From: an uncultured cyanobacterium
GTDB taxonomy: Bacteria > Cyanobacteriota > Cyanobacteriia > Phormidesmidales > Phormidesmidaceae
Direction: 5' to 3'
DNA: 64,000 nt
Assembly (NCBI GenBank): GCA_963793265.1
Contig: CAWBZI010000001.1
Coordinates: 768,001-832,000 of the forward strand
The notes beneath the pieces are model-generated. The model had not been told where the DNA came from. It searched no databases and was given only the letters and a program-made list of their open reading frames with translations. The position numbers and the translations under genes were made by a program. Below, piece after piece: positions 50,491 through 61,266 of this stretch. Positions within the stretch are counted from its first letter, which is position 1, and the number at the start of each line of letters is the position of its first letter.

Positions 50491-52278
50491 ATGCAAAAAG
50501 TTTTAGTCATTGAGAGCCCAAGCGTCAGGCGCGCTGAGTTGATCGCTTACTTAGAGTCTGAAGACTTTTTGGTGAATGTCGCTGACGATGGGGCTGCAGG
50601 TATTGCGGCCTGTCGTCAGCACCGCCCCGATGTGGTGCTGTGTAGCTGGTCGTTTGGCGCAGGTCAATATAGCGGACTTGACGGGCATCAGGTGCTCCAG
50701 GCGATGCGCCAGGATAGCGAACTGCGACTGACGCCATTCGTGTTACTGACTGAAGTTACTGAGCGATCGCACACCCGCCGCGCCATGGAGCTTGGGGCCG
50801 ACGACTGTATTGTCCGCCCCGTGAGTCACCCCGAAATCGTCAACACCATCACAGCCCGCATTGATCGCCAAGTCGCCACCAGCGAGCTATACGTCACCAC
50901 TCTCCGCAACACCGCCGAACAGCTCAATCGCCTGGCTCATTACGACAGCCTCACCGATCTCCCCAACTATCACCTGCTGCACCAGCGCCTCAGCCAGGCC
51001 ATCACCGCTGCCCACAGCAGCCAGCACACCCTCGCCTTCATGTCCGTCAGCCTAGATCGCCTGCGTCTGGTCAACACCGTCATGGGCTACCCCTCCGGCG
51101 ACGAACTCCTTAAAGCCTCAGCCAGGCGAATGCAAGCCTGCCTGCCCCCCGGTGCAACGCTTGCCCGGCTAACCGCTAACCAGTTCGCCGTCGTGCTACC
51201 CAACCTACAAAGGCCACAGCAGGCCAGAGAAACGGCTGAAGATTTCATGGACGCGCTCAGCCGTCCCTTTTCGCTACCCGGCCAAGAGGTCTTCGTCACC
51301 ACTAGCATCGGCATCGCTTTTTTACTCCACCAAAGCGAAGATATCTACACGCTGCTACGTCAGGCAGATGCGGCTTTGGAGTATGCCAAAAAGCAAAAAA
51401 GCAATCACTGCCAGTTCTACCGCTCCGACATGCCCGTCGCCTTTAGCGACCAAATCGCAATGGAAACCTGGCTGCGCTACGCGCTAGAACGCAGCGAGTT
51501 TGAGGTGTACTACCAGCCCCAGCTCAACCTCAATAGCGATATTGCGGGTGGCAGCGTAGAGGGCTGCGAGGCGCTGATTCGCTGGCGGCATCCTGAACAT
51601 GGCTATATTTCGCCTGCTAAGTTTGTGCCCCTAGCAGAAGACACGGGCCTAATTATCAAAATTGGACAGTGGGTACTTGAAACGGCCTGCGCTCAGGCAA
51701 AACAGTGGATATCGATGGGCTCGGGCATGAAGTACGTCTCGATCAATCTATCGAGCGTTCAGTTCAATCAACCCAGCCTGATTGAGTCGATTAAAAACAC
51801 CTTAGCCACCACGGGCCTTGCGCCTCATCAGCTAGAGCTAGAGGTAACTGAAACGGCGCTGATGCAAGATGCGGCCTCCGCGATCGCTATCCTCTCAGAG
51901 CTTAAAAGCTTAGGCATTCGCACCGCCATTGACGACTTTGGCACCGGCTATTCCTCTTTGAGCTATCTCAAAGAGCTGCCTATCGATACGCTCAAAATCG
52001 ATAACTGCTTTGTGCGAGGAGCCAACCACGACGCTAAAAATCAGGCAATTTTGCAGTCCACGATTGAGCTGGCCCATCGGTTGAATCTTAAAGTCGTTGC
52101 CGAGGGCGTAGAGAATGCTGATGAGCAGGCGCTATTGACGCACTATCAATGCGACTACTTGCAGGGCTATTGGGTGGGCAAGCCGATGTCTACCGCTGAG
52201 ATTGAGAAGAGATATATGAGCGATCGCGCCAATAGCAGCACCTCTGAAGATCGCACTGCCGAACCTACGCTTGCGTAA
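50491..52278 (+). CDS. Pseudo-receiver + degenerate GGDEF + EAL c-di-GMP phosphodiesterase
   Basis: REC domain lacks the phospho-Asp (VLCSW); TANQF replaces GGDEF; EALIRW and DDFGTGYSS are intact. Confidence 0.88.
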   Translation: MQKVLVIESPSVRRAELIAYLESEDFLVNVADDGAAGIAACRQHRPDVVLCSWSFGAGQYSGLDGHQVLQAMRQDSELRLTPFVLLTEVTERSHTRRAMELGADDCIVRPVSHPEIVNTITARIDRQVATSELYVTTLRNTAEQLNRLAHYDSLTDLPNYHLLHQRLSQAITAAHSSQHTLAFMSVSLDRLRLVNTVMGYPSGDELLKASARRMQACLPPGATLARLTANQFAVVLPNLQRPQQARETAEDFMDALSRPFSLPGQEVFVTTSIGIAFLLHQSEDIYTLLRQADAALEYAKKQKSNHCQFYRSDMPVAFSDQIAMETWLRYALERSEFEVYYQPQLNLNSDIAGGSVEGCEALIRWRHPEHGYISPAKFVPLAEDTGLIIKIGQWVLETACAQAKQWISMGSGMKYVSINLSSVQFNQPSLIESIKNTLATTGLAPHQLELEVTETALMQDAASAIAILSELKSLGIRTAIDDFGTGYSSLSYLKELPIDTLKIDNCFVRGANHDAKNQAILQSTIELAHRLNLKVVAEGVENADEQALLTHYQCDYLQGYWVGKPMSTAEIEKRYMSDRANSSTSEDRTAEPTLA

Positions 52279-52512
52279 AATACGGCCATAATCCTACCCG
52301 AGAATAAATACGCGAGTATTTTCTCTGAGTTTCATAAATACGGCTGAGTTGCCTTCTATCAAAGGACTACAGCCGTTTTTTGTTGTTCTAAAAGCCGTGA
52401 AAATACTAAATTCAGTAGGTAAAGTCAAAAAGGATACCGTAATTACCCTAGGATCTTCGGGCATCTTAATCACACGATGTTCTGAAGGATTCTGCGGAAT
52501 CGAAACCTAACT

Positions 52513-53037
52513 ATGACTATGCAAGCGACCGTTAATCAAATCGGCCAGATTGACATCGGTGAATCCCTCAGCGATGCTTCTTTTCGCGAGTCTATCGGTG
52601 AAGCGCTAAGTGAGGCCCTCGGTGGAGCCCTCAGCCATGGCCGTATGAACAACTTCGTCAGCAGCGTCAATGCCTACGCTGACATGAGCCCCGATCTTTC
52701 CGTTCGCAAAGATGTCAACACCTGGATGATCAGACGCGATCGCCAATCTCTAGATCTCACCGACTGGTGCGCCCTCTTCGGCAACGCTGATAACGCCGTC
52801 TTAGCTTTTATCTACGAATCTTTTAGCGAATACTCCGGCCTCGACTTCAGCTACGTCCGCCCCAATGACAGCCTCAATAGCCACCTGAAATTCCCCCTTG
52901 TATGCTGGTTCGACTGGTCAATTACTTTCTGCGAAGCGTTCTTTCAAGCCTTTGATGTAGACTTGAGCGATCGCTTTGACGAAGCCGACTTCATCACCAT
53001 TGGCGAACTTGCAAACTTCTTGGTCGCTCAGGTATAG
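52513..53037 (+). CDS. Hypothetical protein
   Basis: 174-aa ORF with host-like codon usage. Confidence 0.7.
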   Translation: MTMQATVNQIGQIDIGESLSDASFRESIGEALSEALGGALSHGRMNNFVSSVNAYADMSPDLSVRKDVNTWMIRRDRQSLDLTDWCALFGNADNAVLAFIYESFSEYSGLDFSYVRPNDSLNSHLKFPLVCWFDWSITFCEAFFQAFDVDLSDRFDEADFITIGELANFLVAQV

Positions 53038-53174
53038 GAGGCAGATATAAATTCCAGCGTTACCTACGGTTGCACATCTTAAAAATCTATTACAGTTGCG
53101 CGATCGCCCCTACTCGATTTTGATACCCTTTATAAAACGAATAGAACTCAAGTGCGTAGTCGTAAAGGATTTTC

Positions 53175-53693
53175 ATGCCAAGAACTCAGAAAAACGACAA
53201 CTTTATCGACAAGTCTTTCACAGTCATGGCCGACATGATTTTGAAGATGCTACCGGCCAAGCAGCAGGCCAAAGAAGCCTTTGCCTACTACCGTGACGGT
53301 ATGTCAGCTCAGGCTGATGGTGAATACGCCGAAGCCATGGACAACTACAAAGAAGCCCTCACCCTAGAGGAAGATCCCTACGATAAAGGCTACATCCTCT
53401 ACAACATGGGTCTTATCCACGCGAGTAACGGCGAGCACGACGAGGCGCTCAAGCTTTACCAAGAAGCCCTAGATCTTAACCCTCGCATGATTCAGGCGCT
53501 CAATAATACGGCTGTGATTTATCATTACCGGGGCGAGCAGGCCGAAGCCTCCGGTGATAAAACCGCGTCCGATAAGCTGTACGACGAAGCAGCGCGCTAC
53601 TGGCTAGAGGCCGTCCGCATGGCTCCGAATAACTACATCGAAGCTCAGAACTGGCTCAAGGTGACTGGTCGAATGAAGCTCGATATGATCTAG
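53175..53693 (+). CDS. ycf3: Photosystem I assembly protein Ycf3
   Basis: [27 protein letters not shown] repeats, [10 protein letters not shown]. Confidence 0.97.
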   Translation: MPRTQKNDNFIDKSFTVMADMILKMLPAKQQAKEAFAYYRDGMSAQADGEYAEAMDNYKEALTLEEDPYDKGYILYNMGLIHASNGEHDEALKLYQEALDLNPRMIQALNNTAVIYHYRGEQAEASGDKTASDKLYDEAARYWLEAVRMAPNNYIEAQNWLKVTGRMKLDMI

Positions 53694-53751
53694 CCGGTCG
53701 AATCGGCTGGCAAATAGCGTATTATCGGCTTATTCACGGTAGATTTTACTC

Positions 53752-54042
53752 ATGATTGATATCGATCAGGTTCGCAAAGTGGCTAGCCTCGCCCGACTAG
53801 AGCTAAGCGAGGCCGAAGAGCAGCAGTTCACTGGCCAGCTTAATAGCATTCTGGACTATGTGCAGCAGCTCGACGAGCTAGACACTACAGACGTACCGCC
53901 CACCACTCGGGCCATTGAGGTGAGCAACATTACTCGCCCCGATACGTTAGAGGTTTTTGCCGAGCGAGAAGACATCCTCGATAGCGCGCCTGAACGTGAG
54001 GCAGACTTTTTCAAGGTGCCGAAAATCATGGGCGGCGACTAG
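53752..54042 (+). CDS. gatC: Asp/Glu-tRNA amidotransferase subunit C
   Basis: [12 protein letters not shown]...[13 protein letters not shown]...FFKVPKI. Confidence 0.95.
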   Translation: MIDIDQVRKVASLARLELSEAEEQQFTGQLNSILDYVQQLDELDTTDVPPTTRAIEVSNITRPDTLEVFAEREDILDSAPEREADFFKVPKIMGGD

Positions 54043-54063
54043 CCTACGCTTCCAAATCCATAG

Positions 54064-54100
54064 AAAAAGCCCTAGCAGAATGCTCTTGCTAGGGCTTTTT
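54064..54100. terminator. Bidirectional rho-independent terminator
   Basis: AAAAAGCCCTAGCA-loop-TGCTAGGGCTTTTT. Confidence 0.85.
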
Positions 54101-54153
54101 GTTTGAGTTACTACGAGGGAGGCATGGTATGTCGGTCGTTCAGATCAAAGACA

Positions 54154-54897
54154 CTAGCTATAAATGCCGGTATTCGTTCGCTTAGGAACACTGTAAGTAG
54201 AAGGCATTCTGGCAGGCTCGGGCACCTCAGCATTGCGGGCGCGAACGAACTTTTGAATGGCGTTGTGCATCGTCCTTGCTACAGCGTCTTTGATAAAGTC
54301 CTGTAGTCTACGCTCAAGCTGCTGGTCTTGAGCATGGCGAATTTTGTTCTGATTGATCTGCGTCTGCTGTTGCGACTGCTCAAAGCGATCAAAGCGATCG
54401 CTCATCCGCTGGTCAGCATATCGAATATCCTTCATCTCTGCCTGTAAAGAGAGCAAAGTCGCCCTCATCGATTCAAGCTGCTGCTGCGTAAACTTCAGCT
54501 CACTGCGCAGAAAAGACACCTCATTTGCGCTTTCTACAGCGCTGTTGATCGGAACCACTTTGTCACGATTAAGGCTCGCACTATCAGATGAAGTTTGAAC
54601 CTCGGGGCTTGGGTTCGCAGTGCTATGAGGGCCTGAGTTGCTTTCAGTAGAGACTTTACTGTTAAACGAATTTTGCATGACCGTAGACTCCTTTACAGCC
54701 TTATAGGGCTGAGAATTGGATTTTTCAGGTAGGGGGCTTGCAGTGGCGTTATTCAGGAAGTGAGCAGTGAAAGGACAGTAGTTAGATAGAAGCTGCTCAA
54801 AATTAAACGAGGGTGCGACTATTGCATTATTAACAGGAACATAGGGAGGGCTTAGCATGTTTTTTGAGTGTGTATGAGGAAGAGGTAGAACGCTCAC
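54154..54897 (-). CDS. Hypothetical coiled-coil protein (start uncertain, may be 54858 or 54679)
   Basis: Long ORF with a Gln-rich heptad region; divergent from the STAND gene. Confidence 0.6.
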   Translation of the reverse strand: MSVLPLPHTHSKNMLSPPYVPVNNAIVAPSFNFEQLLSNYCPFTAHFLNNATASPLPEKSNSQPYKAVKESTVMQNSFNSKVSTESNSGPHSTANPSPEVQTSSDSASLNRDKVVPINSAVESANEVSFLRSELKFTQQQLESMRATLLSLQAEMKDIRYADQRMSDRFDRFEQSQQQTQINQNKIRHAQDQQLERRLQDFIKDAVARTMHNAIQKFVRARNAEVPEPARMPSTYSVPKRTNTGIYS

Positions 54898-54935
54898 TAA
54901 CGTGAGACAACCTTTAATGATTTATCTGCGCTTTA

Positions 54936-55223
54936 TGTGACACAAAGGTGTGACATAAATAAAACCATCACGGAGAACAACCACACATTTAACCTCACAT
55001 GCTTCTCACATTTATAAAATAACGGTATTTTTTGGTTTGTGCAATCCAGCGTTTGAGCAAGGTACGGAAAACCTGACTTTACGCCTCTGTGAGAGGAACT
55101 TTTATGTTTGTGTACTGCGCTACAGGACTGGGTTCTCAGTCTGCTCTATACCTTAGGTTTAGTTTTTTAAAGGTCTTCACAGTTGAGCTTCTCACAAGTA
55201 AAGAATTGGGATAAGCTATGTGA
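54936..55223. promoter_or_regulatory. Cluster of TGTGA/TCACA boxes in a divergent promoter region
   Basis: TGTGA at 54936, 54949, 55088, 55219; TCACA at 54995, 55006, 55177, 55192. Confidence 0.55.
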
Positions 55224-55308
55224 GCTTCTTTAAGTGCGTATTCTTTACATACCTGCAAGCGGCGGTATTGAGCCGTAGCGGTCATCCTTATGAAAAAACG
55301 GTAGTTCT

Positions 55309-58300
55309 ATGGCGTCTCTCGAAATTTCAGAAGAATTTCTTACTCGGATTGCCAAAGACAAAAAAGTATCTGATGGTGAGCTAGCTGCCTTGAAGCTGGC
55401 CCTTAGAAGGAGCAAAAGTAAGGACATCGCAGAGCAGCTCAATATTTCTCAGGCAGCAGCGCGCAAGCGACTAGGTGAGGTCTATAGAAAGTTTGGCATT
55501 AAAGGCCGTGGCCCTGGCAAGTTAGCTTCTCTAGAGAAAACGCTAGAAGCTGAGCTGCAAGAATGGGCAGGCCAAGCTCTAAAAGGAAGTGGTGACATTG
55601 CCTTCCCCTCTACCATCACACCAACCGCCGCTACGCTACCTTCGTCGGGAGACATCTGGCACAGAATGCAGCTTGAAGAGGTGCCCCTGGTTCAGACGAT
55701 ACCTGTCACCGAGTCAGCCACGACCTACTACTGGAATAACGCGCCTGCGCTAGAGGCGTTTGAAGGTAGAAACCATCCTTTGACAGTACTAAAGAGCTGG
55801 CTAAATAAACCTTCAACTACACCAAAGTTACTGGCGATCTGCGGTATTGGCGGTACTGGTAAAACCTATCTAGCTCACAAGCTGGCGCAAGATGTAGGCG
55901 ATGATTTTGAGAAGGTGGTTTGGTTAAACGTAAAGGACGGGATGCAGGCGGGGCGATCGCCTGAGCATTTGCTGCGATCGCTCAAAAACACGCTCCTTGC
56001 CCCTGCCCCCACAGCCATTCCCCTGCGCAGGCTCAACAGAGCCACCAAACCGGCTTCGTCAACTGATTCAACGATTCATGCCGTCAAAGAGAGCATTGAA
56101 CAAGTCATCGAGCGACTTGCAGCTGTGATCGCTCAGCACCGCTATCTAATTGTTTTTGATGGCTTTGAAGTAGCTTTTAAGAGCTGGGGTGATATGTCTC
56201 AAGATATGCCCTCGCAGGATTTTCCTTCGCCGGGCAGTTCTAGAGATGCGAAAGGTAAACCCAATAGAGCGCCGACGTTTCATGTCAATCGGCGGCAGCA
56301 GGCCAGCCTATACAAAGAAGAGTTTAGCGCTTACCGAAAACTGCTCAGCGCTGTTAAGCAAACGGCAAACGGCAGCAAGCTTAGTCAAACAAGCTGCGTG
56401 GTACTCACGAGTCGAGAGAAGCCGAAGGAGGTTCTTTCTTTTCCTGAAGACGATATTGACGGCAAGCTCTACGTGCTAGAAGGGCTTAGCGACAATGAAG
56501 CCAAAAAGATGCTCGAAAGGTTTCATCTGCAGGGAACTTCAGCAGAATATCAAGCCTTTATTACTCGCTACTGCGGTCATCCTTTGGCGCTAAAGCTAGC
56601 TGCCAATACGGTCAAAGATGTTTTTCATGGCAGCATTCGAGATTTTTTAGAGCAGGATACTTCTGTTTTTGACGATTTAAGAGGCGTTTTAAAGGCGCAG
56701 TTTAACCGCCTACCGCCCACTGAAAAAGAGGTGATGTACTGGCTAGCTATCAACCATCAGGCGTGTTCTTACGAAGCGCTACAGGCTGATATTGTGGCTA
56801 CCGACCACAAGCAGAATTTGATTCATACGCTCAGGTCATTAGAGCGCCGTTCGCTAGTGCAGATAAACCAGCCGCAGCAAACAGTGGGCGTTTCTTTTCA
56901 GCTTCATCCAATCGTGGCCGAATATGTGCGCGATCGCTTCATTCGCTCTGTTTTTTCAGATCTTATTAAAGGCAATCTCGACTTGTTCAACGCTCACGCC
57001 TTAATGAAAGCAGATGCCGCAGACGATTTGCGTGAGTTTCAGATTAAAAAGATTGTTCGACCAATACTAGAGCGGCTTAAGAACTACCATAAAAGTCTTA
57101 ATCAGGTTGATCGCTACCTTAGCGACAGGCTCAATGAGTTCAAAGGAAACAATCCAGACAGACTAGGATATGCAGGTGGTAACTTTGTCAATTTGCTAGT
57201 ACAGCTTTCACACGGCGCGCTGCAAAAGAAAGACTTCTCTCAAATGACGATTTGGCAGGCTTATCTCCAGGGCGCACAGCTTAGGGGCGTCAATTTTAAT
57301 CAGTGCGCGCTTAATCGCTCGGTGTTTACAGAAGCCATCAGCGACGTGTTAAGCGTCGCACTTCAGCTGCCTACCAGCAGGCCGCCGCTGCTTGTAGCCG
57401 GAGATGCCAATGGGTTTGTTCATCTATGGCACACAGCAGGCGAAAAGCAAACTGCGTGGCTAGCGCACCAGAGCTGGGTAAGGGCTACTGTCTTTGTGCC
57501 TAATCGATCTCTATTAGTGACGGGTGGTGAAGATAGTCAGCTTAAGCTGTGGCGACTGCCTACCTTTGGCAAAGGGGCTTCTGGCCCGGTAGAACAGGTT
57601 TGGCAGCAAGAGGCCAAAGACCGAATTTATACCGTGGCCGCTAGCTGTGACGGTAAGCTGATTGCCAGCGGTGGTGACGACAAAATCACAATCTACCGCG
57701 TGCGCACAGGCGAAATTATAGATCGCATTCCTAGACAGACGGCAGATAGAGATCGGCCTCGTATTAGCAATGGGGTTGCAAAATCGTGGCAGCACAATCG
57801 CGTCCGGGCGCTAGCCTTTAGCCCAGATGGACAGTGGCTAGCAAGCTGTGGGGATGACTGCACAGTTAGGCTGTGGGCTGTGAAGGATATATTAGCGACC
57901 GAGCGATCGCTCGAGCCTATCGCTGAGCTAGCGGGTCATACGGATTTAGTGTATGCGGTACGCTTTAGTGCCGATAGTCGAAGATTGATCAGCGGTGGTG
58001 GAGATGAGAAAATTATCATCTGGGAAGCTGTTGAAGCGTCTGCTGCCAGTGAAAATAGTTCTTCGGAAGACGATTCTTCAGAAGACGATTCTTTAGAAGG
58101 CAATTCTTCTGAAGATAAACAGAACCTAGTCTGGCAAAAATCGCGGTCACTCAACCGCGTTGGTGGCAGCATCAGAGCATTAGCGATTAGTCCAGACGAT
58201 CGCCTTGTAGCGGCAGGGGGGGATGATGCCACCGTCAGGGTGTGGAACCTATCGACGCTGACGTGCATACATGAGTTTTCAGCGCAGACCAGTCGCATTT

Positions 58301-59490
58301 GGTCAGTTGATTTTCAACGGCAGGGCGATCGCCTTCTACTCGCAGCAGGCGGCGACAAGCAGCGGCTCATGCTTTGGCAGATTGAAGAAAACCAGACAGA
58401 AGAGAAACCAGAGGCCCGTTTGATCAGAACGTATCGCGGCTATACCAACAGCCTGCGAGCGGTAGCCTACTTGAGCGATCGCAGAGTGATTGGTGGCGGC
58501 GATGGCGGGGACTTGACCGTATGGGACACCGAATCGGGCGATCGCACCGCCACCCTACCGCGACACCAAGGCCGCATTTGGTCAGTCGCCGTAGACCAAC
58601 AAAACGCGCGCATTGCCAGCGCCAGCGACGACTGCACCATTCGCTTATGGGATGCCACTAACGGCCAGTGCCTTACCACGCTAACGGGTCACAATAGCTG
58701 GGTGCGCGCGGTCGCCTTTAGCAAACGCGGACGCTTTCTTGCTAGCGGTGGCGACGACTGCACCCTCAGAATCTGGAATCCTCTATCTGGCTTTTGTCTC
58801 AAAGTGCTCCCGCCCGCTAGCCATTGGATTCGCACCGTCAGCTTTAGCCCAACTAACAACCGATACATCATCAGCGGCGGCGACGATCAGGCGGTGCGCC
58901 GCTGGGATAGAAAAGAAGGTACCTATGAAACGTTTGCTCAGCACGGCCATCGCGTGTGCTCAGTTGCCTACAGCCCGGACGGTAAGTTTGTTGCCAGCGG
59001 CGGTGACAATGCCGCTGTCATTTTGTGGGATGTCGATAACGCCGAAGTAGCCTATCGGTTCACGCAGCCCATGCTGAGTATCAAGGCGGTGGCCTTTAGC
59101 CCGAATGGCAGATATTTAGCAGCAGGGGGAGACGATCAGCTCCTCTATGTATGGGATTTGAAAGCACCGAACCCAGAAGCGCGCTGCTTGGAGTTTAGTC
59201 CGCAGGAGTATACCGGCTTAGCGGGTGGCATTCGCTCTATTATGTTTAGCCCTGACAGTCAGTCGGTCGTGTGCGGCAGCTTAGATGAAATGATTCGCGT
59301 CGGTGATTTGCGGCAGACGGATGAGCTGAGGGCTAGTGAGCTAGGCAGCGGGGTGCTAAAGGCTTTGATTCGACGCGATCGCCCCTATGAAAACACCGAA
59401 ATTAAGGGTGTCAAAGGCTTGAACGACTTGCAGAGAGCTAATCTGATGACATTAGGCGCAGTAGATCGTAAAACGTCTCTGCTGCTGTAG
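55309..59490 (+). CDS. HTH + NB-ARC (STAND) NTPase + pentapeptide + WD40-repeat protein
   Basis: DIAEQLNIS..ARKRLGEVYRKF HTH, GIGGTGKT, LIVFDGFE, GHPLAL, YAGGN, many GH..W-D repeats. Confidence 0.9.
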   Translation: MASLEISEEFLTRIAKDKKVSDGELAALKLALRRSKSKDIAEQLNISQAAARKRLGEVYRKFGIKGRGPGKLASLEKTLEAELQEWAGQALKGSGDIAFPSTITPTAATLPSSGDIWHRMQLEEVPLVQTIPVTESATTYYWNNAPALEAFEGRNHPLTVLKSWLNKPSTTPKLLAICGIGGTGKTYLAHKLAQDVGDDFEKVVWLNVKDGMQAGRSPEHLLRSLKNTLLAPAPTAIPLRRLNRATKPASSTDSTIHAVKESIEQVIERLAAVIAQHRYLIVFDGFEVAFKSWGDMSQDMPSQDFPSPGSSRDAKGKPNRAPTFHVNRRQQASLYKEEFSAYRKLLSAVKQTANGSKLSQTSCVVLTSREKPKEVLSFPEDDIDGKLYVLEGLSDNEAKKMLERFHLQGTSAEYQAFITRYCGHPLALKLAANTVKDVFHGSIRDFLEQDTSVFDDLRGVLKAQFNRLPPTEKEVMYWLAINHQACSYEALQADIVATDHKQNLIHTLRSLERRSLVQINQPQQTVGVSFQLHPIVAEYVRDRFIRSVFSDLIKGNLDLFNAHALMKADAADDLREFQIKKIVRPILERLKNYHKSLNQVDRYLSDRLNEFKGNNPDRLGYAGGNFVNLLVQLSHGALQKKDFSQMTIWQAYLQGAQLRGVNFNQCALNRSVFTEAISDVLSVALQLPTSRPPLLVAGDANGFVHLWHTAGEKQTAWLAHQSWVRATVFVPNRSLLVTGGEDSQLKLWRLPTFGKGASGPVEQVWQQEAKDRIYTVAASCDGKLIASGGDDKITIYRVRTGEIIDRIPRQTADRDRPRISNGVAKSWQHNRVRALAFSPDGQWLASCGDDCTVRLWAVKDILATERSLEPIAELAGHTDLVYAVRFSADSRRLISGGGDEKIIIWEAVEASAASENSSSEDDSSEDDSLEGNSSEDKQNLVWQKSRSLNRVGGSIRALAISPDDRLVAAGGDDATVRVWNLSTLTCIHEFSAQTSRIWSVDFQRQGDRLLLAAGGDKQRLMLWQIEENQTEEKPEARLIRTYRGYTNSLRAVAYLSDRRVIGGGDGGDLTVWDTESGDRTATLPRHQGRIWSVAVDQQNARIASASDDCTIRLWDATNGQCLTTLTGHNSWVRAVAFSKRGRFLASGGDDCTLRIWNPLSGFCLKVLPPASHWIRTVSFSPTNNRYIISGGDDQAVRRWDRKEGTYETFAQHGHRVCSVAYSPDGKFVASGGDNAAVILWDVDNAEVAYRFTQPMLSIKAVAFSPNGRYLAAGGDDQLLYVWDLKAPNPEARCLEFSPQEYTGLAGGIRSIMFSPDSQSVVCGSLDEMIRVGDLRQTDELRASELGSGVLKALIRRDRPYENTEIKGVKGLNDLQRANLMTLGAVDRKTSLLL
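58060..58119 (+). repeat. Four 15-bp in-frame tandem units (SSEDD-like) in a WD40 loop
   Basis: TCTTCGGAAGACGAT / TCTTCAGAAGACGAT / TCTTTAGAAGGCAAT / TCTTCTGAAGATAAA. Confidence 0.7.
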
Positions 59491-59545
59491 GGTGCTGTAG
59501 GGGCATAGCACTGCTACGCTCTTTGTTTTGTTACATCATCTCTCG

Positions 59546-60979
59546 TCAGCCTGCTAACGTAGCTTGAACCATATCGCGATCGCCCTGCCACTCATACCGA
59601 CGCTTATCTTGAGTAGACAGCCGCAAATCATCAGGCTGAGAACCCAAATGTTTTAAAAAATACTGCCTAAACAGCTCACAAGCCACTTGCGGCCCATCGT
59701 CTGTAAGCACCACCAGGCCCATATTCTGAAGCTGGTAGACCGCCGTGAGCGAGGTCGGCATCAGCTCACCACCCGTCAATAGCTGAGATAACACACTCGT
59801 GAGCTGAGGCTGCTGCTGCACCTGACGAAGCTGATGCTGAAGATAGTGAGAAAAAACGTGAGAGCCCAATGGATCGCTCAGGACTTCTGCGAGCGTTGCA
59901 TCGGCTCGCCAAATGCGATCAACAACCAGATGAGAAAGATAGGGCTGACCTGCTATTAGCTCGCATAGATCTGTTGCGGCTTGAGCAGACCAGTCAAGGC
60001 CATAGGTTTTCGCGATCACCCGCACATCGTCAGGAGAGAACGGATCTAACGAAATTGCTAGCCCCACATTAAAAGGAGACTTGTTGATATTCAGCGGAAT
60101 ATATACCTCAGAAGACTGCGCAATCACCATCCTGAGCTGCTTCCAAACATCTGTTGTTTTCGCATCTTCATACCAGGTGCGTAGCAGCCCAAAAAACTCA
60201 TCGGCCACGTCTAGATGACGAAACAATCGATCAACATCATCGATTATCAACACAACCGGACGCTGGCTCGCTGCCAGTAAATACTGCTCAAAGTAGATTT
60301 TGCAGCTCACTTTACTGCCAAACAGCGTATCCCAGTAGGTGTCTAATTGAGGCGTGAGGCCCAGCGATCGCCCCACGCTGGCACAAAACCACTGTAAAAG
60401 CTGATCGAGGTTTTCCAAAATGGACTTATCTGCAAGCTGAAACCGGATTAAAACGGGCCGATAGCCGCGGGCCAGAGCCTGCTGAGCTAGCCGCGCCATC
60501 AAGGACGTTTTACCCGTCTGGCGGGCTCCTTTAATCCGAATCAACGCGCCGGGCTGATCGATCGCGGCATAGCTGTCCGTCTCAGCCTTGTGCCGCTGAA
60601 TATAGAGCGGCGAGTCCAAAGGAAGCTGCCCGCCAGGAGGTAGGGGAGAAAACGCCGCGACTGCTGGTGCCACCTGAAAGGGAGCCGGTAGCGCTGAGTC
60701 GGGTTTGTAGTAGTCAGCAGGTTCTAGCGTCAAATCAAAGGCTTTAAAGCAGCATTTGAGCGTTTGCTTATCGACTCTCATCTCGCAGCCCAGCACCTTA
60801 GTGAGCGTATCGATACCCACTTCAGTGCGCTCGCTGAGCGTTTCAAGCGTGTACCGCTGGCCCTGATTGTCAGCATATTCAGCGCTAGCTTTGGCCGCCT
60901 GAAAGCGATCTAATCCGGCCTGTGTCAAAATGACGCCACGCTTACGACGACGCTTAGGGGCTGATGATGGAATGCTCAC
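59546..60979 (-). CDS. XRE-like HTH + AAA_35 (AAA-like) NTPase
   Basis: RRRKRGVILT...YTLETLSERT...VDKQTL N-domain; GQLPLDSPLYIQR, GARQTGKTS, IIDDVD and SPFNVG. Confidence 0.85.
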   Translation of the reverse strand: MSIPSSAPKRRRKRGVILTQAGLDRFQAAKASAEYADNQGQRYTLETLSERTEVGIDTLTKVLGCEMRVDKQTLKCCFKAFDLTLEPADYYKPDSALPAPFQVAPAVAAFSPLPPGGQLPLDSPLYIQRHKAETDSYAAIDQPGALIRIKGARQTGKTSLMARLAQQALARGYRPVLIRFQLADKSILENLDQLLQWFCASVGRSLGLTPQLDTYWDTLFGSKVSCKIYFEQYLLAASQRPVVLIIDDVDRLFRHLDVADEFFGLLRTWYEDAKTTDVWKQLRMVIAQSSEVYIPLNINKSPFNVGLAISLDPFSPDDVRVIAKTYGLDWSAQAATDLCELIAGQPYLSHLVVDRIWRADATLAEVLSDPLGSHVFSHYLQHQLRQVQQQPQLTSVLSQLLTGGELMPTSLTAVYQLQNMGLVVLTDDGPQVACELFRQYFLKHLGSQPDDLRLSTQDKRRYEWQGDRDMVQATLAG

Positions 60980-61156
60980 GGCTCACTACCTATTTCTGAC
61001 AGTTGCAGGCTACTCGAAATCACACAGGTTCGACTCAGATTTTAAGGGCGATCGCTAAAAAGTAGCTTTTGTAAGCTCACGCCATAGCTCTCACGATTTT
61101 AAGCAGTTTTGCGGTTAGATACCTTCCAACATAGGAAAAAGTAACCTTAACGTCCG

Positions 61157-61192
61157 CTTATCTTCTGCTTATCTTCCTAAACCTCGGTAGAT
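61157..61192 (+). promoter_or_regulatory. 36-bp element, copy 1 (upstream of the sensor-AAA_35 gene)
   Basis: 27/36 ungapped identity with 63557-63592; CTTA phased at 61146, 61157 and 61168. Confidence 0.5.
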
Positions 61193-61266
61193 ATGGGCGC
61201 TTAAAGCTGCAATTCTAAGTGGATCGCTGCGTAGATTGAATCAATTGATACGCCACCGTATTTTTT

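Noticed and set aside
54936..55223. CRP-binding sites
   Set aside because: No TGTGA-N6-TCACA arrangement; reported instead as a half-site array
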